The notes under the pieces were generated by a model. That model searched no databases, was not told the DNA's origin, and saw only the letters and a list, made by a program, of their open reading frames with translations. From positions 6,020,072-6,084,071 of the forward strand of contig CM082593.2 in NCBI GenBank assembly GCA_040954595.2: 64,000 nucleotides of DNA. Reading direction: 5' to 3'. The position numbers and the translations under genes are program-made. This document shows, piece by piece, positions 23,701 through 36,540 of this stretch (position 1 is the first letter of the stretch; each line of letters opens with the position of its first letter). The stretch is from Balanoglossus misakiensis. Lineage: Eukaryota > Animalia > Hemichordata.

Positions 23701-26700
23701 TTTTTTCAAATATTTATCGCTTTCACAAACTTTCTTGTTTCAACTTATAAGCGTTGGATGGTAACGGAAGTGCGCTATTTTAGCCGTCTTGCATCCATAA
23801 TTTGCGCTGATGTTTTTTGACTCTATTTCGAGTAATGCGCAGTTCAACTATACGTTCTGCGTTTTTCCTGTGTGAAAATTGTCGGGGGGTCGTTCTCCCG
23901 GACCAAATTACTTTTCAGGGCAGACGTGATGAGCTCAATCAGCCCTCGCGAACAAAATCAACAGTCTTCAGACCACCTTGTCCCCGCGGCCCAGATTACA
24001 CGTTGCCAGGAGTTACGCAGTGATTCCAGATATAGTAACGCCTCGGGCGGCGGGGGGGGGGGGAGTGATCGGAAAAGAACGCGACTATTATTGGCTTTTG
24101 GGCTTTGTTGTACTATCGTACTTGCACCTGTTTTAAACCGGGTTTCTCGGTAATGGAAAGACGGTCTCAGGCATAAACTCTCACCTAGGGTCCGCGTCCG
24201 CGTCGTACCGTTTATAGAGTCGCCCGGGTTATCTCATCCATACCGTCCAATTAAAGCGCGTCTACGCACGCTATGAAAATGAACGCATCAGATAATCGCT
24301 CCTTAATTGAGTGACAAAACACTAGCTGATTACCAATCACAACGTCGCTACAAGTAACACATGTCCCCCCGGGGGTGGCAAATTTAACCACAGACCACAG
24401 AGTGCTCAATAACAGAACAGGACACAAAAGTATTGGACTCGACCATAGATTGAAGCCCGCTACTACCAACTCAGGCACGCAGCTATTTCTGTCCACCCTT
24501 CAGCCGTATCAAAATAAACGATGTCGACATCGCCATGGAAACAAAGTTCAGTTAGCGAGGGGCCCATCATCTGCGCTATGAGACCACGTCTGGTTTCCAT
24601 GACAACGGACTCTCGGATAGCAAAGGGGCATCACAACATTGCTCCACACTTTAAATACATTATTTTGAAGAATCAGCGCCAGTAGTTTGGCGATATAAAC
24701 AAGAATTACATTTATAGTCAAATGTTTTCCTTAAAAGGGCAAATAAACCGGCTAACAGTTCTTCTATTTTTCTTAGACAGCCGTTAACTTTCAGGACTCT
24801 CATTTGCGGTATCAATACAACGCTTGCGTTTGACACCGCGCTGCTGTAAGGACTTGTTATTAAGTAAATGAGAATTCTTCTCATTTCATATCACGGCACA
24901 TTAACTTTTTTGTAAGCGAGCCAAAACAATAACATTACTGTCTTATGAAGCCAGAAGAAATAACTAGTTCACATGTTACATTTACTGGGTCAAGTTTTAT
25001 GCGACGAACAACCTCTCGCTAAGGGAGACGTTGTCGTTCCCAGGAAATATTGTGGTTTTGAGGTGAAGGATCGTTCGTTAGGTAAACAGTTTTATTCTCT
25101 ATGCGCCATTTTCAGATTAAGGCTCTCAAGAACGTTGAGTGCCCTGCTCTTTGTTATGAGTTCTGAGGACTGGAAACCTGGCAACGGACGGTAACTTAGC
25201 AACAGATAAACGACTCTGACATCACGCAAAAATTGCGACGTCAGTGATTTTCGTGTCCCTACATATTTGGCCTTTTATATTTTTGTAAGATGTTAATGTT
25301 TTTTTCCCGAACAGATTAGCGAGGTATTTTCGTAACGTGAAAAGTCTAATTAGGAAAATGGGGCGGGAAGAAGCATAATTTGTATTTCTTCTCGTTTTAA
25401 ATTAAACGCTGACTTGAGAAAATAAAGTCGGCCAGACGCTAATAGCGTCACCCAAGCCCCAGCTTTGCCCCTTACGACTCAAACTGCACGAATGTAGCAT
25501 ACCGCCGTTATTTTTGTACGCCCGTTGTAAAGATAGTCCACAACGCGATCATTTAACGGATTTATGACCGTTTAGTTTTAAAATATTGCTAAATCGGTCC
25601 GTTGCGAAATAGCGCCAAGGGTATCGGATCGCTAGTCGTACAGAAAAAAGGTTGCTCTGGTTAGCATGTATACGGGGATCTGATATCTGCATATGTGCGG
25701 CTGAACCTCCTGGAGAGCAGTGATGAAATCATATCTGTCGGACAGGCGACGCCGAGGCATGTTTCTGCCAACGTAGCCGAACCGAACCGCCAGATTCAGT
25801 AAATATGTTGTGGTATTGTTTGATATCAACAGCAGGCGTCTGTTTGGGATACATGTGGCTACAAGAAATGAAACATGTTGAATTTCACAGATTCAACTCC
25901 GGCGTTTTCTGACACCTGAATGGAACAGTTAACGGCTCCGGGCTCGCACAATGCCTCGATTCTTGTGCTGCACAGTGATCAGGTCAATTGCGTTCCTTTA
26001 ACGTTAGGAATGCTCTCGCCACAACTGCCTTTGTTGCACTGGGGAAAAAAAGGAAGTCTTTGGGCGAGTTTTTCGACCAACATTCCTCGCGCTCGAACGC
26101 CGCAACAAAAATAACCGAGAGAATGTTTCATATCGCCCCCCCCCCCTCTGAATGAACAGGTGAATTGTGGCTGAACGTGAAGTGTGTCAGGCTACGCCTT
26201 TGCAAGTCAACGTCCTATTGGTCGACGATGACTCGCACGCAAGCTTTTTAGCCGACTGTTGGCGAATCACGCTTCGCGTTACAATGAAGATTTCTGTAAC
26301 GGGCAACCAGCTGCTATACGGCAATTACCAAGTCTCTAGTTGAAGTAGCATCGTTTCACACTACGCGACAAATTCAAGATACGGCATAAAATTCTTGAAG
26401 TTTCTGCCATAGTTTTCTGTTCGGAATGGTCTTCCGAAACATAATTTCCGGCAACAAAATACGCAGGATTATATGCGTTCCTTCTTAAAAAAGAAAAAGT
26501 TCACGAGCGCGCAGCTTGATAGATTCGACTGGGCATGGGATTTCAGAGCGCACGCTCTCCCAATTATAGCAAAATGTGACTTAACAAAAAGTACGAGATG
26601 CGGTTGAAGTCAATGACGTCACATGGTACATGTGCTTGACTTCAAAAGCACGTGGTTATATTAGTATTTGGCCACTACTACCCATGAAGTGGGTAGTAGT

Positions 26701-29700
26701 GTTTGGCCATAGACAGTAAAGGTTTAGCTAAGCAGCTCGTGAAAGAAGACGCATCCATTACAGTGTAACGTATAACTGTATTTTAATAGCCTGTGAACAA
26801 ACATATTTGAACCGAGAACCATGGCCTGCCTGATATGAACAAGTGAACTTTGACCTTTCCATAGCTCCTGGCATTCTCAAGTGAAATTATTGATACAGAT
26901 ATTTTAACGCGATTTCATTCCCTTCCCTATTTCATGTCAAATCCTCCATTAATTCCAAGCCAAGCGTATGGCGTACTTTCGTTCTTCACAACCGTGCGCA
27001 TAATTCCCGTGGAAGATGACGTTTTCTTGCATTTTGGAAAACTTGTGAAAAAAACTCCGGCTAGTGACAGCCGCGGAAACCGTTGAAATAAAATCCCGTT
27101 TCATTACGATTGCCCTTTGAGAAGTATGTGTGTGATGCTATCTTCTATTTTTATTGTCTTTCGTACGGTGCAATTACGACATCAACCCCGGCGCTCCGTC
27201 GCGTCCGTGGTTCATTATCGAGCTCGTGTGTCGGATACGGGCCCGCACTAAATTTGAAACAAATCCACGGGACCACACAGAGTCAATGATAATTTAAAAA
27301 CCACAAGATTCCAATGGAAATTCCTGGCGGGATGAACGCGGTTTTTTATATATTTTGTCTCCCCGAGTTGACGGAGACTTGGAGGGCCAATTAAATCCCG
27401 GACAACGGCATTTCCTAATATGGTCATTTCACGATACCGATAACTGGAGTTGGAAGAGGTTTTAGCAGCCGTACGGGGCTATGCATTCTTAGGGGGGGGG
27501 GGGGGGCTTTAAAATCCATTTCTTATATATAGATACGTTGCATGCGGGGTGAGATGAAATCGTGAAAACAATCTTTCTTTTCTTCCAAGGTCGTTCATTG
27601 TGACCAATACAAGTAATCATTTCAGTTATATATCATTACCAAGTTCTTTACGACGAATGACCGACTAATAATACTATTTACTCTTTCGTTTATGAGTTCG
27701 CCCGCTGTGATAGATAATTATACCGCATTTACGAGATGGTGACCTCTTGTGACCCGAAGCATGTAAAACCGCGGACCCCACACATAAAAATAGAATTTCA
27801 ATGAATATCAAGAAGGTCTTTTATCGATAAAGTATAACTAGAGTGATCCGTGATCAAGGCGCATTAAACTCTGATGTGAACCGGCTTTTTTTCAAAATTG
27901 ACATAGTACGTAAGGCAGCCTCCTTTTAGAAATCTGACTACGTGAGCGATTGCAATCGCAGTGACGTCATATATCCTGGGGGTAAACTAGAAACCAGAGT
28001 CTAATGTTGAAAGGGCTGGCCCGGTTATAGGAGAAGTTGTGAACCGTGACTATCGGGGATGAGCAATGGCGTGTGGACGATATTCATTAACATTCTTGAG
28101 ACCGCAATACTGCGTGTAAAAATCTTAAGGCCCCCGTGCATGCGTGTTTGAATGTATTAACGATGCCAGCTAAACCGAACGCGCATGCGCAAATTTTGTT
28201 GTAGCCAGACAGCCTGTGTGATCTGTTTGCCGAACAACGCATCAATAGTTTCGCACAGCATCAAAGCGGCTTTCGCTAATTAGAAAGTATCAATACTCCG
28301 GGCTTTGTGAGTTGTCGCGAAATCTGCCACCCCTCAGGTGAATTGGCCAACGGGAGCATCATTAGCCATCATCAAATCAGGCTTGCTAAATGTTGATTTT
28401 ATTTTGACGAACTGTTGAAACTAACTACTGTACTCTCAAATAATTAAGATTCGTTAATAAGCACAGGGATTTCAACCAAGATCATTGTTAATTGGCATTC
28501 TAAACTGTTTCACAGATCAGGTTCTCTGCAACTCCGTTGTCGGTGGCGGGGCGGGGGGGGGGGGGCAGACGACACAAAGAGAGCGAGATTTTTGCGGTTC
28601 ACTACTCTCCCAAGCCAAAAAATGCCTGTAGATCAGCTGTTGATGCCGAATGATGGCTGCCCTGATTAATTAACCGCCGATGGCATACGTCCCATGGCAC
28701 GTGAAGCCCGCCACTGGACGGAGGAACGACAAAAAGCTCCGCGTGAACTCAATCGATAGTCGCTGCGATGCGACTCGCTGGAGTACTAATACGCACGCCA
28801 TTCTGGTCCACGATTGGCCGCACACGCCAATGCACGGACGCGGTGGCATTGGAGTAATGTGATAACGAACCTCAATAAGCGCGTAAGCCGAGGTCTCTGC
28901 CAAATGATTCGACCCTGACAAGTGTTCAAATACCAGTAAGGCACTAATAACGACAACACCATAAAGCGACAAACGAACGAACGAACAAAGACAGGGAGCC
29001 TTCATTTCGAGGTTACAAAAATGACACTACTTCCACGTACATTGTGTAACCAAGGCTAAACTTGAAGATGGTAACCCATTCCAAAATAGCACAGAGCAAA
29101 CAAATACTATTTTCAATGACCATTACCCATTGCAACTTTTAAGACATTTGAAACATTCGACTCTTGATTGAAATCCTTTGAACAGATAAATTTGAATCGC
29201 CATTATTTCCAGTTGTCATGACCACACAGGTAATTCATGTCTTCGCCTGACGTATTTCTGCGTCTGTTTTCACTTCTGTCGTACTTCTTTAAGTTATTCG
29301 ACAAGAATCCCAGGAGCGATACTTAAAATCCAAGTACCGAATGTTAAACATATGTACGGAATGTAAGGAGATGGTGGCGTTTTATTCCCCCATTCCACTG
29401 ACGTTTCAATATTTTTCTAGATGCCTTCTGATTATTTTGAATGAAAATACACTAAATGGCGTCTAGGCACGAAATCGGTGCACTTAAAGTCACCGTTGCA
29501 ACAAATCTGCTCTTATTTTTAGGTGTAAGTGCAATCTCATTTCGATACCTTTGCATCCGGTTCGGACAGAAATAGCCCGATAATCCAGATATCGCATTTC
29601 CATGGGAACCAGTGAAATAACTTCCTTATTGGCTTAGGCCTAAACTATTAGAGGTTAGTGAGAAAAGGGTTTCAGTTGGATGGAGGAAATTGATACGGCT

Positions 29701-32700
29701 GCATTGGCAAGCAAGGGTCGTTTAGTACGGCTGTCGGCGGGATGAGTGACTGGGCCAGTTGCTCCCGGGGAGGGCGTCCGGCTTGTACCCCGTGCTGACC
29801 TCTAGAAGATGCCCTAGTTGCCTTGCAGACATCACCTCACAGTACAACCACGTCATTCTTCTGCTGGGTTCCCACGGAAGCCGTATCGTCAAGAAAGGGA
29901 TAGCCGTGTTCTTGACCGTTCATCTCAGCTTCCCAAACTACATCTACTGCAGTGGCCTTGGCGCCAAATTATCACACGCTCGGCAGGGTTGTTCTGTTTA
30001 CGATATGGCAATCCACCTGGTTAATTCTCAAATCTAGTGTCTCTCATAAAAACCTTTCTCACTCCTTTTTGAGACGATTAAGTGATTTTACAACACTTAT
30101 CAAATGTCTCAAATTCGTATCATTTCATCAACTATGACGTAAGAAAATGAGATGGGTGCCAATGTGAAATGCAATTTTCGATTATGTAGTTGAAAGGTGT
30201 TATTTTCAAATTTTGTTGTGTGCGCATTTGTGCTCATTAGTTGCTGACGTCACAGAGAAGATGACGTATTCGCAAGTGTCTATACACAATGGCTTCCCAG
30301 ACACTGTGCATGGACAGCTTCTTGGCACAGAGACAGCTTCGTATGTACACATTCAGAAATGTCAGTCAAATCTTGCCCTCGGGCGATGACTGACGTTTTG
30401 TGGAGCAGAGGCAAGCCCTATCCATCTTCAGTGTACACACACATCCACACACACAAAAAAGTACGGTGAGAACCACCCGGCCATCTGGCAAACTTCTTGT
30501 TTACGCCGTCGTAAATCCCCCTGTGATTCAACCGTCGTGGAAAACATCTTAGAAACAGCGCAACAATGTGACGACATTGGCCCGAAATTCAACCCGTTAA
30601 AGTACTAAACAGAATGCGATATTTATTGGCCGTTTCCGCATCCAGGCAGAGGTCTTTAGCGGAGGCCGTGCTTTGGAAACGGGGACAGTGACTGAGCCAA
30701 GCGAAACGATTTCTATCCAGGTTTCCCCGCAGAAGTGGGTTCACTAACCTGCCAATTTAGCCAATCACGTGACTAAATCATGCAGTTTAAAAAATGAGTG
30801 GATCGAGAAATTCCTTTCAGCGAGTTTCGGACACAGGGACGGGGTATAAAAAGTATGACAAGTTTTGTTCTGTTATTAAGTACAGTTTTTGTCTTTTCTC
30901 CCTTTAAAGATCTTTGATATGCCCAGTACTCCGCTTGTCAGCACGAGCGGGTGTATGCACGTAGTGGCACTGTTATTGTTTATAAGTGAACCCAAGCCCA
31001 GCGGACTAAGAATTCATCTGTCAACAAACGATGCTGATCTTGCAACCACATGGTCTGACGATGATGAACTGAATTCTGGGCCTGTTAAAATGCTTACGAG
31101 AGTAGAGCCACAGTAGAAACATCTAAAAACAATATCGGAAATCAACAAAAAGTGACAAGCATTGCCATTGACGAGTTTGACAGTATTCGAGCAAAGGGGA
31201 GCCCCGCCCTATAATAAATAAGATTAATTTGTCATTAAAGTTGAATAGATGATAGAAACAATTGCGCCGACTTCAGTTATTGCAATAAATCTTTTGGCTG
31301 AAGTTAAAAGAGAAAATCATCTTGGGCGCCCAGCTTATTCACGGTCTTTGTGACCTCTCAATGCAGTCCGACTGATGTAGTTTTCTTCCTCTCTCTATAA
31401 ACAAATTATTCCATTAAAGAATCTAAATGGTTAATTTCCAAATGGTGGCATCAGCGGCGAATATTGTCCCGAGTGCAATGGAACATTTGTCATTTCACGC
31501 TGGCTTGGCGGTCACTCCATGACGTGAATGTAATCGAAGTCATCACTCTAAGTGCCCGGCTAATGTTGCCATCCTTGACAGCAATGAAATTCGCTTAAAT
31601 CCATCAACAAAACGCACCCACGTTGATTCACTAATTAACTTTTGCGCAGGTAATTATTTCAGGAGTAACTTAGTACAGGCACCTATAGAAAATAAATGAA
31701 TATAACAGATCGACACAACACTGGGACCTTGACACTTCTTGAACTAACGAAAATCACAACAAGTTCAAGTTCGACTGTTTTGGATAGTGAACGTGACCAT
31801 CGAGAAAAATGTTAGCTGGCAGTGACGTCAATTTAGAACAATAAACATCTCATTAACAATAACGCTTCCGTTATTTCGAGGCGGAACCCTATTTTTCGGT
31901 CGTAAAATCAATTATAATTTGATATACGATACCACGAAGAAATAGAACTGTAATTATTTTCACTAATTCTGGATCGCTTCCTATACTGTACTTAACTTAG
32001 GTTAGTGTTGTTCGTTGCATATTTATTTTCGCCAAAGTATAACTAATTTATGTTCGATCCGAGAAAGGAGTTTGGATTTTTTTGTTTAAGAATACAAAAT
32101 ATATCCCATTATTTCTGTGAAATTGAAATTTAACATTATTTTTTGTTTAAGAACAGCTTCTTGAATGCTTCGGGTTTGCATTCATCGTACCGTTACCATG
32201 GTAATCTAGGTTTTAGTCTCGCGTTTCTATGAAACGCGTAAGCTTTGAGACAATCAGCTCACAGCGCAGGCCCAAACAATCGCTGTCTGCAGAGAAACCG
32301 ACAAAGCCAATTAAAAGGCAACGATGTCTGAAGATGCGCTGCGGGCATCTTCGTTTCCGGACGCAACTCTGAATCTCAAAGTTGCTCCTTTGTCCAACGG
32401 AGGTTATTTCTGTAGTGACAGGCTATATTAGCCACGCATATACGTCACAATGTGACGTCACAATGTGTCCAGATTCATTGAGATAGACGTTTGTTTAATT
32501 TTTCAAATGAATGTTGTTGTGGGGTTACGCAACGCCCGCCGGTGTACACAGCGACCGACAGTCGTTGTGTAGGCGCTCACCGCACGGCTAATCAGTTTTT
32601 GTATAGATTCGCCCAACTTTTGTGTAAACTCTCGCATTGGTTTCTGTGTTCCGTCAGACGGCCCCCTTTGATTGTTTTAGTTTTGTTGTACTTCAATCCT

Positions 32701-33653
32701 GTGGGAAAGTTTACTGCTTACAGAGGTTACCTCTGCGAGTACGGTATCCGTTCCCCACGAGGACCCACGTCAGCTGGTCGCCCCGAGCCGTGGAGTTCAT
32801 TTCTGGTCAGCCCAACCTCTCCCACCAAATACAGGGAACTACAGGAAATCGATGAATTTATGGGCCTCTGTGTACTAACTAGTTTATACAATCTGCACTC
32901 TCTGATATACTAGTATATTAGATGGGAAGGAGTGCGTGCTCTCTGATGTCTGGCATATATTAAGTTGTGGTGTCTCTTCAATGAGTTTGGAGACTGCGCG
33001 TTCTTGTTTCTGTGCAGACGGAGAACTTTCTTTTGGGGCCATACAAGAAAACCCCTTCCGTGACTTGACTGTCCATCGATCACAGTGAGAAACGTTTATT
33101 ACTTTTCTCTCTCTACTGGCATGCTTTAACGTCATGCTTTAACAGGCGTTGCACTGAGCTGAGAAATGCGCTCGGATGCGTGCAGCGAATCGGCACCGCC
33201 GTCGTTTAAGGTTCTCGCCGGGGGGGGGGGGGGGCACAGACCCTCGGCGATGGAGCGTAGCTGTCCATTGTTCGAGTGAATGCACACGAACACTCAAAGC
33301 GACCAACATCGTCTGGGCCGCAGTGTAACTGTTTGGCCAACATGTCACACCAGCTGATCTGCCGACACCGAACTAGGTCACATGACATCGGATCGCGGCG
33401 ATGAGAAGTCGCTCGTGGCGTTCTCGGGTCAGGTGGCACGGCGACACCTTGGTTCCGTGTTTTTGATGGTAACTAACCTTATCATGACTCTGTAAGGATG
33501 TTTTCACCTTACATTTCAAGCCGAATGAAAAGCCCCCGTGTGTGCATTCGAAAAGACTGTATTCTGTGTCCCCTTCAACACCCTAGGTGCTGACACTGTG
33601 TAATTAAAGCTGGCGTGATTTTAAAAGCTCTGGCATTAGAAGTGAGAACTTAC

Positions 33654-34051
33654 CAAGCCGTCGCAGTTGCTAATGGCAACAGTGGATCCAGGCGTATCTT
33701 TCACATCCCCTACATAGAAGCACTCTTTATCAATTTTTTCCTCTCGGAGGTAATCGCCTTCCACGTTTGTCCACTCCATCACGGCTTTGGGCGCCAGCAG
33801 GTGACTGTTCGGGTGCACGTTTAAGGTGAATTCCGACCCGAAAGCGCTCACGGAGAAATGCAGAGATTCCTCGCCAGCCCCGCCCACGGGCTGACTTCGG
33901 CGGTGGCGGGTGCGTCTCGCAGACTCCGAAAGTAGTTCGCTGTCGCCCACGTCCTCGCGGTCAGTGAGCCGGTGAGAAAGAAAACGACCGTCGGACGTCG
34001 CGAGGTAGGGAACAGTGATGTCATAGTCCGTCAGCTTGGAGTTCAAATGAT
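33654..34051 (-). CDS. ADAMTS3: ADAMTS2/3/14-like exon 3 (prodomain)
   Basis: caattag|HLNSKLTDYDITVPYLATSDGRFLSH..RRTRHRRS..LHFSVSAFGSEFTLNVHPNSHLLAP..CFYVGDV..VAISNCDGL|gtaagt. Confidence 0.95.
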
Positions 34052-35446
34052 CTAATTGAAAGAACAGAAAAAAAGATGAACGTGGTTGCAGTGGAACCTC
34101 CAGATAGTCTAACTTTAACCGGGATATCCGTCTCCAAGGGATTTGAAACCGTTCACTAAATAGTAGCACATCCAAACCGGAATGGGGTTACGCTTTTTCA
34201 CTTTGCTTTGAGAGTCGACTACTTTGTAGGGTCGGGTAAAACGAACCCGACACGTAATTTGATAAACTTTTCTGTGGGAAAGCCCCATAGCGGTGGCTGG
34301 AATTGTAAGTTGAAATAGGATTGCTGGGCATTACTCGCATCGGGATCTCGCAAGGCAAACTCCGCCAGGGTTCAGGCCGTGAAGATTGCGGCAGCTATTT
34401 AATACAAAGGAGAACCACTTACAAATCCGGCCACAAAACGGAAGGACTTGAAATACAAGAAAGATTTCTCTTCCGACTATATCGAAAAGCTCTTTAACCA
34501 GGCGCTCAAGTGATTCTGCGCACAATACGGGGGACGACTTCAGATCTGAGGGTGCTTTGTCTGGGAAGGTCCTTCAAACGAAAAGGCAAGAGTGGGAAGT
34601 TTGTCTTCGCAAGGGCCAAGAAGGCTGGTAATTAATGTACGCCTAGAGCCATGCGGGAACGGTAGCCGGGCAAGGTAAAGGAGAGAGAGGGGGGGGGGGA
34701 GTATCCGAGATTTGTGTTGGGTCATGTCATAATGATGGTAGCAGGTTGCAATGCACACACTCGAGTGAATGGCACCCCGAGGGGAGCTCATATACTAACA
34801 CACAGAATAGCCATTGATGCATTCATCTTTGAAAACCCAGGCAAGGACCCCACCGCCTATACACTGTCCCCCACAATGACGGTCTTGTACGCCGCGACTT
34901 TCTCCCTACTTGCCCCCGTACAATGGTGGCCTGAAAGCGAGACTGCGGCAAACCCCCGGAACGTAACACCACCCGGATCAAAAGATTCGTGTGCGGATAC
35001 CCAGGCCACGTATATATGGAGTATTTTAAAAGGATAAACTTCAATAGTCGAGGGAAATTTCTTTGTGGGCGCGCACAAACGGCATAATGGCGAGAACAGC
35101 GATAAATTACAGCGATATTAGCGGCTGACAAAGCGGTGGACGGTAACTGGAGTAACCCACGGCGGGTGTACTTGAGACAGTTCAACCCACAAATAGATTT
35201 GATTCAACCAGAGTGGAAAATAGTCGAATGACAATCAAGAAGCGATAATGACTTAAGTGAGTTGGAGGTGATTGATGGATCGGATTGCCCCGTCGTGACA
35301 TCCATATATAGCCCCCACTTTAAAAAGTGAAGAAGAAGAAAAAATAGAGCTGGTGATGTATCACTTTAGGGTGAGGTGTGGGGTGGGGAGGGGGGGGGTA
35401 CCGAGTGGACGGGACTTTCACGGTCGCTACGGGGGATCTGGCTTAC

Positions 35447-35492
35447 CTTGATCCGTTGCATGACGCCCTTGGGGAACTAGTCCTCCTTGGAC
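35447..35492 (-). CDS. ADAMTS3: ADAMTS2/3/14-like exon 2 (short)
   Basis: ttggacag|VQGGLVPQGRHATDQ+G|gtaagc; 46 nt; phase 0-1 is required to join exon 1 (phase 0) to exon 3 (phase 1). Confidence 0.85.
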
Positions 35493-35936
35493 CTGTCCAA
35501 AAAAAGCAGGGATAAAAGAGGACACACAGAAGCTTGTTAGCGAAGGTCTTTGAGTATTAACTGGGCGTCGGGCAAGTTTGTGTATACATGGGATTTGGTA
35601 TAAATAAATGAAGGCGGTATTGTGTGTGTTCAAACAGGCTTGGCATATATCCCGCGTAAGCAAAAGCGAGCCAACTCTCTGTGTGTCAAGTGCATTTCGG
35701 ACCTGTGTGAACTGTGCTCAGTGCTTTCCAGACGCTGTCACTGAGGTTCCCCGTTACGTGACAGACCGTGATTTCCTCGGACTCACCGCTGGCATGAGCA
35801 GACGAGGAGAAGAAAGGGCCCGCATTATTTCCCGCATTTACAGCCACGGGGCTCTCCCTTTCCAGACTGTAAAAACAGAAAAAAGGGGGATTTTACTCGC
35901 ACACATGCACACAAACACAAATTGAAAGAAACTTAC

Positions 35937-35999
35937 CTGCAGGATGGCCAATGAACAGACGGCAGTTATTGAAATGCAGATAGTGTGAAAAACAGTCAT
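35937..35999 (-). CDS. ADAMTS3: ADAMTS2/3/14-like exon 1 coding part (signal peptide)
   Basis: aaagATG; MTVFHTICISITAVCSLAILQ hydrophobic leader; donor CAG|gtaagt. Confidence 0.85.
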
Positions 36000-36178
36000 C
36001 TTTAAAACAAATATCTGCACGGTGAGGTCCTGAGTAAAATGGTGTTGTTTCCGTACTGGAAGCAGTCAGCTGGCAGTTGGGGTTGGACGACTTTTGCTTC
36101 GCTGACAGTGTAGCTGGCCACAGAAGGCTGGGCCCGACGCAAGAGTGTAACACCAATCTCCTCCAACAAGGGCAGCCG

Positions 36179-36540
36179 TTTATATAGCGCGTCAGGAACC
36201 CGTCACTATTCCCCCTTGTCAGCCAGCACAGTCTCTGTGGATTAGGTTGACAAAATAAACGGATAAGAGAGTAGGCTTATGTGATTCAATTCCAGCATTC
36301 AGTGAGCTGCAGCAAAGACCAAGTGCTCATAACAGCGCCAGTAAACCTTGTGGCGGTATTGATGTGCAGAGGCCCACACCAGCTCGTTTTCTCTTTATGT
36401 TTGACGTGACGTCATGCCCTTCGGTCCAGTCGCTCGCTGTATGATTAATATGAAGGCGATTATAATATGGCGAGGCGGGGCCAGAGAGTGCTATATACCT
36501 GGGCGGGGCCACGACTGGCTGAGAATGAGTGGGGGCGGGA
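36179..36540 (-). promoter_or_regulatory. Putative ADAMTS promoter (TATA box, CRE, GC boxes)
   Basis: TATATAAA on the minus strand at 36179-36186, about 180 nt upstream of the ATG; TGACGTCA near 36407; GGGCGGGG boxes near 36501 and 36532. Confidence 0.6.

Noticed and set aside
29357-29378. GGAATGTAAGGA, resembling a miR-1/206 seed
   Set aside because: No complementary arm or precursor hairpin, and the 3' part does not match.
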